From assembly GCF_001194135.2 (NCBI RefSeq), contig NC_069004.1, forward strand, positions 10,519,906 through 10,583,783: a stretch of DNA of 63,878 nucleotides. The letters run 5' to 3'. Made by a program: the position numbers and the translations under genes. The notes under the pieces are model-generated. The model did not search any database and had not been told where the DNA came from. It saw nothing but the letters and a program-made list of their open reading frames with translations. Below are positions 50,338-62,185 of the stretch, one piece after another. This stretch comes from Octopus bimaculoides (taxonomy: Eukaryota). The first letter of the stretch is position 1. Each line of letters starts with the position of its first letter.

Positions 50338-51568
50338 GTGAGNNNNNNNNNNNNNNNNNNNNNNNNNNNNNNNNNNNNNNNNNNNNNNNNNNNNNNNNNN
50401 NNNNNNNNNNNNNNNNNNNNNNNNNNNNNNNNNNNNNNNNNNNNNNNNNNNNNNNNNNNNNNNNNNNNNNNNNNNNNNNNNNNNNNNNNNNNNNNNNNNN
50501 NNNNNNNNNNNNNNNNNNNNNNNNNNNNNNNNNNNNNNNNNNNNNNNNNNNNNNNNNNNNNNNNNNNNNNNNNNNNNNNNNNNNNNNNNNNNNNNNNNNN
50601 NNNNNNNNNNNNNNNNNNNNNNNNNNNNNNNNNNNNNNNNNNNNNNNNNNNNNNNNNNNNNNNNNNNNNNNNNNNNNNNNNNNNNNNNNNNNNNNNNNNN
50701 NNNNNNNNNNNNNNNNNNNNNNNNNNNNNNNNNNNNNNNNNNNNNNNNNNNNNNNNNNNNNNNNNNNNNNNNNNNNNNNNNNNNNNNNNNNNNNNNNNNN
50801 NNNNNNNNNNNNNNNNNNNNNNNNNNNNNNNNNNNNNNNNNNNNNNNNNNNNNNNNNNNNNNNNNNNNNNNNNNNNNNNNNNNNNNNNNNNNNNNNNNNN
50901 NNNNNNNNNNNNNNNNNNNNNNNNNNNNNNNNNNNNNNNNNNNNNNNNNNNNNNNNNNNNNNNNNNNNNNNNNNNNNNNNNNNNNNNNNNNNNNNNNNNN
51001 NNNNNNNNNNNNNNNNNNNNNNNNNNNNNNNNNNNNNNNNNNNNNNNNNNNNNNNNNNNNNNNNNNNNNNNNNNNNNNNNNNNNNNNNNNNNNNNNNNNN
51101 NNNNNNNNNNNNNNNNNNNNNNNNNNNNNNNNNNNNNNNNNNNNNNNNNNNNNNNNNNNNNNNNNNNNNNNNNNNNNNNNNNNNNNNNNNNNNNNNNNNN
51201 NNNNNNNNNNNNNNNNNNNNNNNNNNNNNNNNNNNNNNNNNNNNNTGTGTGTTTACGTCCCTGTAACTTAGCAGTTCGGCAAAAGAGACCGATAGAATAA
51301 GTACTAGGCTTCCAAAGAATAAGTCCTGGGGTCAATCTGCTTGGCTAAAGGCGGTGCTCCAGCATGGCCGCAGTCAACTGACTGAAACAAGTAAAAGAGT
51401 AAAAAGAGGTAGGTTGTTTAACTAGTAGCAGAGACTGTGAAGGTTGGACCTTGCTGCGGTAGCAATTTATGCTTCTGAAGTGGCCTCCATGCAGTTGCTT
51501 GAATTTTTAGGAAACAGCAACTAAGGGTTCAATCATTAGCTTACTATTCTGAAAGCAGATGAGTCTGT

Positions 51569-51615
51569 CATGTACTAGTTTCATCCACAGGCTTCACTAA
51601 TGTCTTCAGAACATG
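51569..51615 (-). ncRNA. Degenerate minimal hammerhead-like motif
   Basis: Minus strand: CATGtt CTGAAGA cattagtgaagcctgtggat GAAAC TAGT A CATG. Core intact, stems I and II poor. Confidence 0.3.
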
Positions 51616-51973
51616 CTAGTTGGCTGATATTTTTTAGTTCATAAGGAATATATGTGTAGGGTCTACCATATTTGATGGCATAAAAGCTGAATGAGCATAC
51701 AAAATGCATCCCAATTTCAGCAGTGCATAATCAGAAGAAAAAAATGTTTCCAGTGCATTAAACTTTAGGGGAGGTGCAATTTCACATACAAAACCCAGAG
51801 TGATTTGGGATTTTTTTGCCACATTTTTGACTAAAAATTTCAACATGTATGCCATCAGATATAGTCATTACATGATGTCACATAGGAGAAATTTTTGTTA
51901 AAAAGATAGGAAGCTGATTAAATAAGAAAATGCATGGAAAGTGTTGAAATTGAACTGGTTTGTTTGGTTTTAG

Positions 51974-52142
51974 ATAAAGTGAAAGTTGATGAATATAAGT
52001 TAGAAGAAGAAAAGAAGAAAGAGAAAGAACTTGAAATGTCGAAGAAAGAAAACAGCTCAAGAAGTGGGGAAAAACGTGCGCACGCCTCCTATGATAATGG
52101 CAACTCTCACAGACACAAAAAACATAAATCGGATCATCAAAG
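51974..52142 (+). CDS. GPKOW: GPKOW exon 7 (NKVKVDEYKLEEEKKK...HKSDHQ)
   Basis: ttttag| acceptor, ag|gtttgt donor, phase 1 to phase 2. Confidence 0.9.
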
Positions 52143-52364
52143 GTTTGTATTTTCACTACATTTATTATTAGCATCATCACCATTACCGTTATTATAATTA
52201 CTATCAACATCGTCATTGTAATTGACATTTATTGCTATCATTATCCTGATCTCTAACTGCAGAGGGAACCTGTGAAAGAGGTAGATCCAGGGTGGGGTGG
52301 TGAAATACAATCTTTAGATGTTGAGTCCCATGGGGGTTATAACACATGACTGAAACTTCTGGCG

Positions 52365-53038
52365 ATTTGCTATAGGTTCTCTATGAAAATGTCAAGTACC
52401 GAAGACTGTGGGTAGGGAAAAGAGAAACACTGGCACGCTGGGCTAAAGGTCTTCACCCATGTAAGGTGTTGTTATCTGTTTGGTGGGATATGAAAGGTTT
52501 AATCCACTTTGAACTTTTAAACACAAACCAGACGATAACAAAGGAGATGTGCTGCAAGCAGTTTGAATGGCTTAGATCAGCGCTAGAAGAAAATTGACCA
52601 TCTTTGGTTTCAAGACGAAAGGTGTTCTTCCATCAGGATAATGCTTGGCCACATACAGCGAGGATGACACTCCAAAGGCTGGAGCAGTTTAAATGGGAAA
52701 CGATGCCCCATCCACCATATTCACTGCACATTGCCCCATCCACCATATTCACTGCACATTGCCCCATCTGATTATCATTTATTCCACAGTCTCCAAAATC
52801 ATTTGTACGGAAAAAATATGAATTCTGTAGATGAGATCAGAAGAGTACTAGAGGAGTATTTTTCGTCACGGTCAAGTGAATATTGGAAGAGGGGCCTTGC
52901 AAGTCTACCAGATAGAGGGAAAAGCATTGTAGAAAATGAAGGAGAGTATATTTTAGTTTAAAAAAGAATTTTGCTTATCTTAATTTTGAAAAATAAAAGA
53001 AGTATTAAAAAAACTGCATTATTTATGGGATGACCCAA
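52365..53038 (+). mobile_element. mariner transposase relic (3' half) with right TIR, in GPKOW intron 7
   Basis: Reads LYENVK...LHPCKVLLSVWWDMKGLIHFELL...HQDNAWPH...HPPYSLHIAPSDYHLF...IVENEGEY, with an internal stop and a 28-bp duplication. The TIR end ...ttatgggatgacccaa|TA is present. Confidence 0.9.
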
Positions 53039-53179
53039 TATATGGAAACCATGCCATGAAATTCATTAGTTTTTTTTCTGCTATAAGATGCAATACACTC
53101 GTAATTAAGTGCTTTTATATTACCTTATAGTTTTAGCGCTTCAAAAATGAAGTGCAATTTTATGTGGGAAAGCATTTAC

Positions 53180-53228
<49 letters not shown>

Positions 53229-53408
53229 CATACACACATACATATACACAGAAAAGCCTTTGTTCTGAAGTGTATGTATATTGAGTACTAACACCAGGTT
53301 ATTAGTATCACTATGCCATAACAAAATAATATGCATGCTTACATACATACATACGTGTGTATATATTTTATTGAAAGTTTTTTTGTTTTCCTTTCTTTCT
53401 TTCCTCAG

Positions 53409-53505
53409 GAGCACCAATGGTAACAGTTCTATTTGGCTGCGACCCCAAATCAGAGTCAGAATCATTGACAAATCATACAAAAAGGGGAAATACTACAAAA
53501 GCAAG
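53409..53505 (+). CDS. GPKOW: GPKOW exon 8 (WLRPQIRVRIIDKSYKKGKYYKSK)
   Basis: ttcctcag| acceptor, aag|gtaagc donor, phase 2 to phase 0. Confidence 0.95.
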
Positions 53506-53624
53506 GTAAGCCACATTTATATCCATGTAAATATATGATGACTCATGCATAATAACAATATGCACCTGTATGTGTGTGTGTGTGTGTGTTAGTAGGTAGA
53601 AACTGAAAGAAGATTGTCGTCATC

Positions 53625-54290
53625 GTCATCATTTAACATCCTCTTTTCCATGCTTGCATGGATTTGATAGATTTTGTTGAGGCAAGTCTATCAACTGCTG
53701 AATACCTTTCCTGTCACCAACCCTCACATGTTTTCAGGTAAAGTAATATTTCCTCGTGACCAGGCATGTTTTTCATGGAACACTAGAAATCAACATTGCT
53801 TGTATGACAGTGAGAGTTTAGTGTCCAATGAAGGAAGGTTGGCATGGGTGCCAGTCAACGAATTTGGTTCAGTTTTCGATTTCGATTTCACTTGCCTCAA
53901 CAGGTCTTTGCAAGCAGGGTTTTGTGTCCAAAGAAGGAAAGGTACGCATAAGTGGGCTGGCTACACCCCTGGTAAAGGCCACGGGTTATGGTCTAACTTG
54001 TCTTACCGAGTCTTCTCACACACAGCATATTTCCAAAGGTCTCAATCACAAGTCATTGCCTCGGTGAGGCCTAATGTTCATAGATCGTGCTTCACCACTT
54101 CATCCCAAGTCTTCCTGGGTCTACCTCTTCCACAGGTACCCTCAACCGCAAGGCTGTGGCACTTTTTCACACAGCTATCCTCATCCATTCTTGCCAAATG
54201 ACCATACCAGCGCAATTGTCTCACTTGCACACCACAACTGATGCTTCTTAGGTCCAACTTTTCTCTCAAGGTACCTACACTCGAAATGCT
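53625..54290 (-). mobile_element. RTE-clade LINE 3' end (ORF C-terminus, 3' UTR and (GAT)n tail)
   Basis: LRWYGHLARMDEDSCVKKC...GRGRPRKTWDEVVKHDL at 54078-54269, continuing into a family D-like tail. Confidence 0.85.
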
Positions 54291-54662
54291 TAGCGGTATT
54301 TCGTCTGCTGCTACATTCTGAGTTCAAATTCCACCAAGGTTGACTTTGCCGACTAGTCCCCTCACCCCAAATTTCAGGCCTTGTACTTTCAGTACCAAAA
54401 ATTATTATTATTAAGGCAGTAAGCTGGTAGAATCATTAGCATGTTGGACGAAATACTTAGCGGCATTTCAGCCATCGCTATGTCCTGAGCTCAAATAATT
54501 TCACCATGGTCAACTCTGCCTTTTGTCGTTTTGGGGTCGATAAATTAAGTACCAGTGAAACCCAAGGGTTGATGTAATCGACTAGACCCCTTCCCCAAAA
54601 TTTCAGGCCTTGTGCCTTTAGTAGAAAGGATTATTATTATTATTATTATTATTATATTACAG

Positions 54663-54732
54663 GTAGTTGTTGAAGACATCCTCTCAAAGGAGAACTGTAT
54701 TTGTAAAACTGACGAAGGGAGATTACTGGAAG
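54663..54732 (+). CDS. GPKOW: GPKOW exon 9 (VVVEDILSKENCICKTDEGRLLE)
   Basis: attacag| acceptor, g|gtgagt donor, phase 0 to phase 1. Confidence 0.92.
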
Positions 54733-55300
54733 GTGAGTAACCTTGGTGTATTTAAAAAAAAAAAACGTTTGAATAATGTACAATGAGACTGGTTTAGTTG
54801 GTATTAGGGTTAGAGGCACCTCAGCTCCTGGATATGATTGTAGTCTTCTGCAGATTAACTTCATCGTCGTCGTCGTCGTTTAACGTCTGCTTTCCATGCT
54901 AGCATGGGTTGGACGATTTGACTGAGGACTGGTGAAAACAGATGGCTACACCAGGCTCCAATCTGATTTGGCAGAGTTTCTACAGCTGGATGCCCTTCCT
55001 AACGCCAACCACTCAGAGAATGTAGTGGGTGCTTTTACGTGTCACCCGCACAAAGGGAATAGATATTACCTCTTGGCATTGATACTGCCTCTGTCACTAA
55101 CATATATTTTTTTCTCCATAAATATTTACAAATTGGTAGTACAGAGTACAGTGTGTGTGAGGAGTGCTGTACTATAATATAATAATGTTCCTATGAAAAA
55201 ATGGTCGAGGGCCACTAGTTTAGGATCTGCTATGGCCTTCTAAGAGGAGTTTCCTTTCTCTTTGAACTCTGTATTAACTGATGCATTTCTTGCCTTCCAG

Positions 55301-55386
55301 AAATTAGCCAGCGGATGTTGGAAACTGTCATTCCAAAGGACAGTCCAGGTTTTGTGATGATTCTCAGTGGCAAATATAAAGGACAG
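55301..55386 (+). CDS. GPKOW: GPKOW exon 10 (ISQRMLETVIPK...GKYKGQ; KOW2)
   Basis: ccttccag| acceptor, cag|gtaata donor, phase 1 to phase 0. Contains the LETVIPK motif. Confidence 0.95.
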
Positions 55387-55576
55387 GTAATAATTGCTAT
55401 TTTATGTCATTCTGTCACAGTTAATCACATTGTTTTAGGGCCCTGTTCTTCTTCCAACAAGTGATGTCTATTTAAGGGTATCACTTGTCAGACAAACTTG
55501 TTAGCATTTGAATGAAAATTCCTCTATTTCTAATTAATTACTTAAATCTATTTATTCTGCTGTTAATAGCTTGGAT

Positions 55577-55920
55577 AGTGAAGGCGCATGGCTCAGTGGT
55601 TAGAGCGTCGAGCTTACGATCGTGAGGTTGTGAGTTCGAATCCCGGACCGGGCTGCGTGTTGTGTTCTTGAGCAAGACACTTTATTTCACATTGCTCCAG
55701 TTCACTCAGCTGTAGAAATGAGTTGCGACGTCACAGGTGCCGAGCTGTATCAGCCTTTGCCTTTCCCTTGGATAACACTGGTAGCGAGGAGAGGCCAGTA
55801 TGCATGGGCAACTGCTGGTCTTCCATAAACAATCTTGCCCAGACTTGTGCCTGGAAGGGTAACTTTCTAGGTGCAATCCCATGGTCAGTCATGACCGAAG
55901 GGGGTCTCAATAGTTTGGAT
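55577..55920 (+). mobile_element. tRNA-derived SINE, family E, with CORE/Meta-like central domain
   Basis: A box TGGCTCAGTGG, B box GAGTTCGAATCCC, then gtgttcttgagcaagacactt...ctcagctgtagaaatgag. Degenerate copies at about 14665-14810, 39025-39150 and 40630-40750. Confidence 0.75.
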
Positions 55921-56298
55921 CCCATCAATGGGCCTTTATTCTATTTTTTTTTTTCTTTTTGTTTAGGGTTGTTGCTTATTTTACATTGAAAATCAATTAA
56001 TCCATAGTGTAATTAGATATTGGGAAATAGGAAGAGGAATAATCATTGATGGATATTTCTGTGTCCTCCTGTTGGTAACCGAAGACCTTGCTGCCATGAA
56101 GAACAAAGTCTTCACTGGAGTCTTATCCAGCAACAAAGGGATTAATGGTGTGAAGACCCAGTCTGAAATTTTAGACTCTCGTCACTCATGAATTTAACTG
56201 AATGAGAGGAGGGAGAAGAAGAAAAACAATTAAAAAAAAAATACAGAAAGCAAGAAAACCTTGAGTTGTAATATTTTTGTTGTTTGTTTTTCCTGTAG

Positions 56299-56433
56299 GT
56301 TGGTGAAGTGTTGAAGAAAGACAAATCTAAATGTGAGGCCACTCTCCAGTTGGTCGGGGAACAAGACACCATAATGAAGATGGGCTACGATAGCATCAGT
56401 GAATATGTCGGCAATGTCTCTGAACACTATTAA
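56299..56433 (+). CDS. GPKOW: GPKOW exon 11 (VGEVLKKDKSKCEATLQL...YDSISEYVGNVSEHY*)
   Basis: ttcctgtag| acceptor in phase 0, TAA at 56431-56433. Contains the C-terminal YDxIxEY motif. Confidence 0.93.
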   Translation, partial: VGEVLKKDKSKCEATLQLVGEQDTIMKMGYDSISEYVGNVSEHY

Positions 56434-57313
56434 TGTCTATAAGATGATTGTTGGCGTCAGAGAAAGGAAGAATGGAGAAAGATTAGCTCCCTCGACACAG
56501 ACTACACATGAGGAAGACAGAATGCCACATGTTCTACATGTCTGATGTTTGTTGCTGTGGTAGACATCTCTAAGAGCAGCTGATTGAACTGACAACACCA
56601 CATAAAGACAGCATGCGACATCTTCTATACTTATCTTTACTCTATCTCCCTCTCCTTCTCAGAATTTCTCTCTGTCGTCCTCCCTCCTTCTGTCTATCTA
56701 TCTTTTATCAAGTGTCTTTGGGATCCTTGTTCTACCTAGACATCGATTAGTTAGGCCTATCAACCATGTACTGTCATACAGGACTCTGATTCTACGTAGG
56801 TATCGATTAGTTAGGCCTATCTCCCAATTATGTACTATCATAGTGGATTTTTGAAATTTCTATTTAATGATCTGAGCAGTCACTGTACCATGTATCATAT
56901 TTCATTACAATAATGGAGTGGATTACCCAAGTAGAAAGACGATCAGTGTATAAGTAGAAGTCGTTCATTCATTGATATGAAATTCACATTTGAGATTTGG
57001 GGGAATGAAATTATTTATAGCAATATTACTGTTGTGAATTAGGGCAGCAAAGTGGCAAAATGCTTAGCAGCTTTTTGTCCATCTTTGCATTCTGAGTTCA
57101 AATTCCGCCTAGGTCGACTTTGCCTTTCATCCTTTTGGGGTTGATAAAATAAGTACCACTTGAGCACTGGGGTTGATGTAATCAACTTACTCCTCCCTAC
57201 CGAACTTGTTGGCCTTGTGCCAAAATTTGAAATCAATATTACTGCTGTGGGTTGACTTTCATTATAGTTTACCTAAATGGAAAATTATAGACAGTCTCTT
57301 CTGGCCTCTAGTA

Positions 57314-57850
57314 CCGTATTTTGTGGTCTATAAAACGCATAGGTATTTAAGCTGCAGGGCCGAATTTGGGGGGAAATTTCGGTTTTATGCACACATAAAG
57401 CACACTGGTGTTTAAAAGGCCCATAGAGCTACAGGTCTGCAGCTAGCTTTTTTTGTTGTTGACATGTATGTAGTTTCAAAATGCCTTATTTTACAACTAT
57501 GAGATGTTATTGTTATGATTTTATCTTACTATAATCAACAGCAAACACATTTCATTAATATTAAAGTCTTTTTTAGATTAAAAATAACATTATCAAAACA
57601 TGAAGGTAAAACAAAACAAATATGCTTTGTTTTCTTCTGGGCATCAATGTACTGTAGCCGTAGTCTTTCACATTGTTCACCAACCAACCTTTCCTCTGAA
57701 AAAAAAATCAGTGGAATCATTTGGCCTCCATACACAAATTATATTCCTCCTGAAACTTATAAAAAATGCATACATTAGGTGCACCTTCCTGTAAGCCACA
57801 CACTTAATTTCCCAAGTAAAAAATAGCAGCTTATACACCGGAAAATACGG
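57314..57850. mobile_element. Tc2/pogo-like non-autonomous element
   Basis: TA|CCGTATTTTGTGGTCTATAA ... TTATACACCGGAAAATACGG|TA. Confidence 0.65.
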
Positions 57851-59049
57851 TAATCTCTACAGATGAAGCATTGATAGGATTTCCAGAAAAGAAGCCAGGG
57901 AAGTGGATCTCTTTTTATATGCACATCTCCCATAGGAGTTTTTGTATGCAACATTGCAACAAAGCACACTCGTTATATACACAGTGCTCCTGCTGTTGAT
58001 ACTTATCCAGCTATATCCATGCTTGGTACATACTTGTTCCTAAGTGTGATGAGTGTGTGGGCCATGGATGCAGTACAATGCTGGTGAAAGGATTTGAACT
58101 GCTGACCATTTTGGTTTGTATTTGCATTGACTTGGCTAGGTGTGATTTCACAGAGGAAGTTGATGGGGGGGGGCATTGATGGGTGATTAGGGCTTTAGGG
58201 TTATGATGCAGGAGTGTGGGGCAGGTGAAGGTAATTGAAGGATGGGGTCAGACTATCGGTAATTATGCGAAGTGTGGGGCAGGGTAAAGATAATTAAGGA
58301 GACAAGAAAAGGCAGGATTAAAGAGAGACAGAATAATTAAGGTGACAATCAGATGTTTTTAAGTAGATAGTTCAACTGCTGTGTAATCAAAATGCATTTA
58401 ATAATCTTTTCTTCTATTCGAAATTTTGTCGGGAGGGACTAATTGATTATTGATGCTGAACTGGTATTTATTTCATCATGACCGCATGACCGCAGCCACT
58501 TGGCTGAAACACATAAATAAATAAATAAACCCCAAAAGGCGGGAAAAGCAAATTTGAACTCTGAATGTAAATCTGGAAGAAATTCTTATTTCTTTATTGC
58601 CCACACGGGGCTAAACATAGAGGGGACAAACAAGGACAGACAAAGGGATTAAGTCGATTATATCGACACCAGTGTGTAACTGGTACTTAATTTATCGACC
58701 CCGAAAGGATGAAAGGCAAAGTCGACCTCGGCGGAATTTGAACTCAGAACGTAACGGCAGACGAAATACCGCTAAGCATTTCGCCCGGCGTGCTAACGTT
58801 TCTGCCAGTTCGCCGCCTTTAATCTTGAAGAAATTCTGCTAAACATTTTGTTTGACAAACCAATGATTCTGCCACCTCACTACTTTTCAGATGTCTTTAA
58901 TATCAATTCCATACTGTTACCAGCTCTTTACATTCTGAGTTCAAATTCTGCCAGGATCAACTTTACCTTTCATCCTTTCAGGATTGATAAAATAAGTACC
59001 AGTCAAGCACTGGGGTGGGTCAGTATATATCAACTAACTCGCTCCCCTT

Positions 59050-59430
59050 AATATTGCTGGTCATTCAGTTTGTATATATTTCTCTTTATTGCATTTCGTC
59101 ATCTGGTCATTCACAATTAGTAGTTGGATTGGTCAACCTACAACGCCACATCGTTCAACTGGTCAGTTTGAACAGGATTCTCTGCAGTTTGATTGATCAA
59201 TTGACACTGTTACATTATCGAACTGGTCATCTGCAGCAAAGTTCTCTGTAGCTGGACTGCTCGAGCCACACCACATTACCCCATTGGTTACTCATTACTG
59301 CATTCAGTGTGACTGGTCACAACTAGAGCAAATACCATTTTACTGGTGATTTCATTTTACATAGTACAACCGGTTATTCATTGTACAAAACATGCTGGTC
59401 ATTCATTGTGTACAGATTCTGCTGGTCATC
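59050..59430. repeat. Degenerate minisatellite of about 28-30 bp with a conserved CTGGTCA core
   Basis: 11 (c/t)(t/c)ggt(c/t/g)a cores, mostly spaced 25-30 bp or about twice that. Confidence 0.65.
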
Positions 59431-60589
59431 CAATATATTGTACCAATTATACCTACCATTCTTTGTATTGTACAGATATGCATGTTATTGTTGTTGTTGT
59501 TTAGTTGTCTGTCTGATCAGACATACATATGATTAAAGTATCCAAGCCATGATTATTCACCCATTTTTTTTCAGATATGGTGTATCTAGGACTACATCAT
59601 CTGATGTGTCCTTCCTTTATTTTAAACAGTACTGTGTGATGGGAGGGAGATTTTACAGCTCCCTCTGGTCACTGATCATTCAGACCATATTGGTCTCTCC
59701 AAACCCTTGCAATGACTGACCGTATGAAATAAAATCCACACTGTTTTATATTGTACTCAAACAATTTATTCCATTCTGTATATAAAGTTTATTTTAAGTT
59801 CTCATGCCGTAGTTGTTTGTTGTTTTTGTCATATTGCTGTTATTGTTTGTTTTTTCTATCAATTGAAAATCAGAAATAATACATTTCTAAATCTCTCAGA
59901 GAGATTTATGCAGTAGTGATACGATGAAGTAGTTGCATGCTGTCAACTTAATGTGACAGTCCCCTGAAGGGAATAATACTACTGTTGGTTAGACCTAGGA
60001 AGCTGCACTGCTTCCTGTTGGCCTTGACATATTTCCTGTGTCCTTGTGTTTACAAGGGGGAGACAAGCACCTCCACCCAGCTAAGCCTGCATCCAGAGAT
60101 GAGCAAAGACNNNNNNNNNNNNNNNNNNNNNNNNNNNNNNNNNNNNNNNNNNNNNNNNNNNNNNNNNNNNNNNNNNNNNNNNNNNNNNNNNNNNNNNNNN
60201 NNNNNNNNNNNNNNNNNNNNNNNNNNNNNNNNNNNNNNNNNNNNNNNNNNNNNNNNNNNNNNNNNNNNNNNNNNNNNNNNNNNNNNNNNAAATAAATTAC
60301 AACAGCAACAGCAAACTATACACAACTGCTGTTTTTAAACATGATGGACACAATTGATGAATGCAGTTCTGCAGAAATTCAACAGCTGTTTGGGAAACAC
60401 ATTTAAATAGATGTCACGAAATATTCCAAGTAACGGGGAGAAGAATGACAGAAATTTTTCTATAGAAGTATGATAGAAAAGTTTTCAGTTTCTGTTGTTG
60501 TAATTTTGTATACTGTCATCATCATCATCATCGTTGTTTAACGTCCGCTTTCCATGCTAGCATGGGTTGGACGATTTGACTGAAGTTAC

Positions 60590-60968
60590 AACTTGGTCCT
60601 TCGAAGACACAGCTTCCCAGGGGAATTATCTTCTTGCATGTAAAAGTACTCTATCGCACACCCTCACTACCTCCGTGAACTTATCCACCCATTTCTCTGT
60701 AAGAAGTATGCCCACATCCCCTATTCCATCACTATTACCTTCCCAGAAGAGTTTATACCTATGTACTTTGCTTGTGAGGACTCTGGCTGAAGCTCTTCTC
60801 CACCTTACCTCTTGTACACAACATATATCAATAGAGCTCTGTTCAAGCATCTCTACAATCTCGCTAGACCTACCTTTCAATGTGCCTACATTTATAGTAC
60901 CGACTCTGAAAACTGGGAAAGAAATATGGGAGGTAACACAGGAAGGAGAGATGTTATTCAGCACCTGA
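60590..60968 (-). mobile_element. RTE-clade LINE APE endonuclease N-terminal relic joined to a family D tail
   Basis: RVGTINVGTLKGRSSEIVEMLEQSSIDICCVQEVRW...GVGILLTEKWVDKFTEVVRVCDRVL. Confidence 0.85.
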
Positions 60969-61022
60969 AAAGAAGGTTCCCATGATCATTTGGTAATAGG
61001 TATTATAATAGTTGTTCGTATG

Positions 61023-61058
<36 letters not shown>

Positions 61059-61375
61059 TATGTATGTGTGTGTATATATATATATATGTACATACGTGTG
61101 TGTGTTTGTGTATACACAAACATATATTATGTGTCTAATATTTTCAACCAAGATGTTACATCTTATTCTTCAAGTGCTTCACTTCTGTGTTTGCTCATAT
61201 ATTTACTATATTGCTGATAATTTATTAATGATTCCCCCCATTGTGTTGATGTGTCATTTTCTATCATTAATAAAACTGATGTCATTTTTGCTGACACGAT
61301 ATGCTAGTTTCGCCATGATAGATCACTGACCACTACACATATATTGTTTTTCTCTCCTTGTTTCTTTCTGTGTTC

Positions 61376-61411
61376 CTTTCTGTTAAAGAGCGTAGGCTCG
61401 AAACGTTAAAG
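61376..61411 (+). ncRNA. Hammerhead-like motif in a Penelope-type terminal relic, core degenerate
   Basis: CTTT CTGTTAA A GAGC gtag GCTC GAAAC GT T AAAG. Confidence 0.35.
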
Positions 61412-62050
61412 ACTTTCTCTATTCCCGAGCGTTATACTAATACATCCATTTGTTGTTTACACCACCTGTCTTCGTCTGTTGTTTTTTCTTGAATTCTCCC
61501 ATATATATATATATATATAAATCTGTGGTTGCACAGACATACACTACATACCGACACACATCCATCACATATATCTAAAAAAATTGTAACTTGAAATGAT
61601 GAAAAAAAAATCATGTTATGCATGTCCTATGTATGTGTTCACGCCCATCGTTTTCTTACCCACATTGAATTCCGATATAATCGAAATCTACCCCATTTGA
61701 AAAGTATTTGTAGAAAATTTCTTTGAAAAATATCCATTTTTCTGAAAATTATGAGAGAACAAAGTCGGGGGTTGGGGGGGACACTTAAATAGTTATGCCT
61801 ACAGGGCACTGAAACACTCTCCTTCCTAATTTAGAAAAATTACACACATACATGTATGTGTGTGTATATAGAATTTCAGCAGCAGACAGTTACAACAGTG
61901 AGATAGTCTCAGCAGCAACAGGTGGGATACTATTTCGTTTGGTGACATGTTTAAACTAAACACCGGTCTATATATTTATGGCGGTATTTGCGGCGTGATT
62001 CGATAATTCAGAATTATTTTTATCCCTGCTGTTTGTCTTCTTTTTTTAAA

Positions 62051-62185
62051 ATGTCTCCTAGCTTAAAACTATTTATTGCTTTAATTGTCAATTCGGCTTT
62101 GCTAATCGGAGTACTGGATGTAATATTCAACGTGGAGCGTAATGGTTGTGAAATGACATATATGTATGAAAACCCAGAATATATT
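62051..62185 (+). CDS. PGAP1: GPI inositol-deacylase exon 1 (MSPSLKLFIALIVNSALLIGVLDVIFNVERNGCEMTYMYENPEYI)
   Basis: aaaATGt start, N-terminal hydrophobic segment followed by the NxCxMxYMYExPEY motif of PGAP1, att|gtgagt donor. The remainder is outside the window. Confidence 0.88.

Noticed and set aside
55590-55650. tRNA-like sequences at SINE heads (also 1945, 29408, 37012 and 47888)
   Set aside because: They have A and B boxes but no complete cloverleaf and continue into repeat bodies; they are SINEs, not tRNA genes.
58186-58200. ttagggctttaggg as an interstitial telomeric repeat
   Set aside because: Only two imperfect units; expected by chance.
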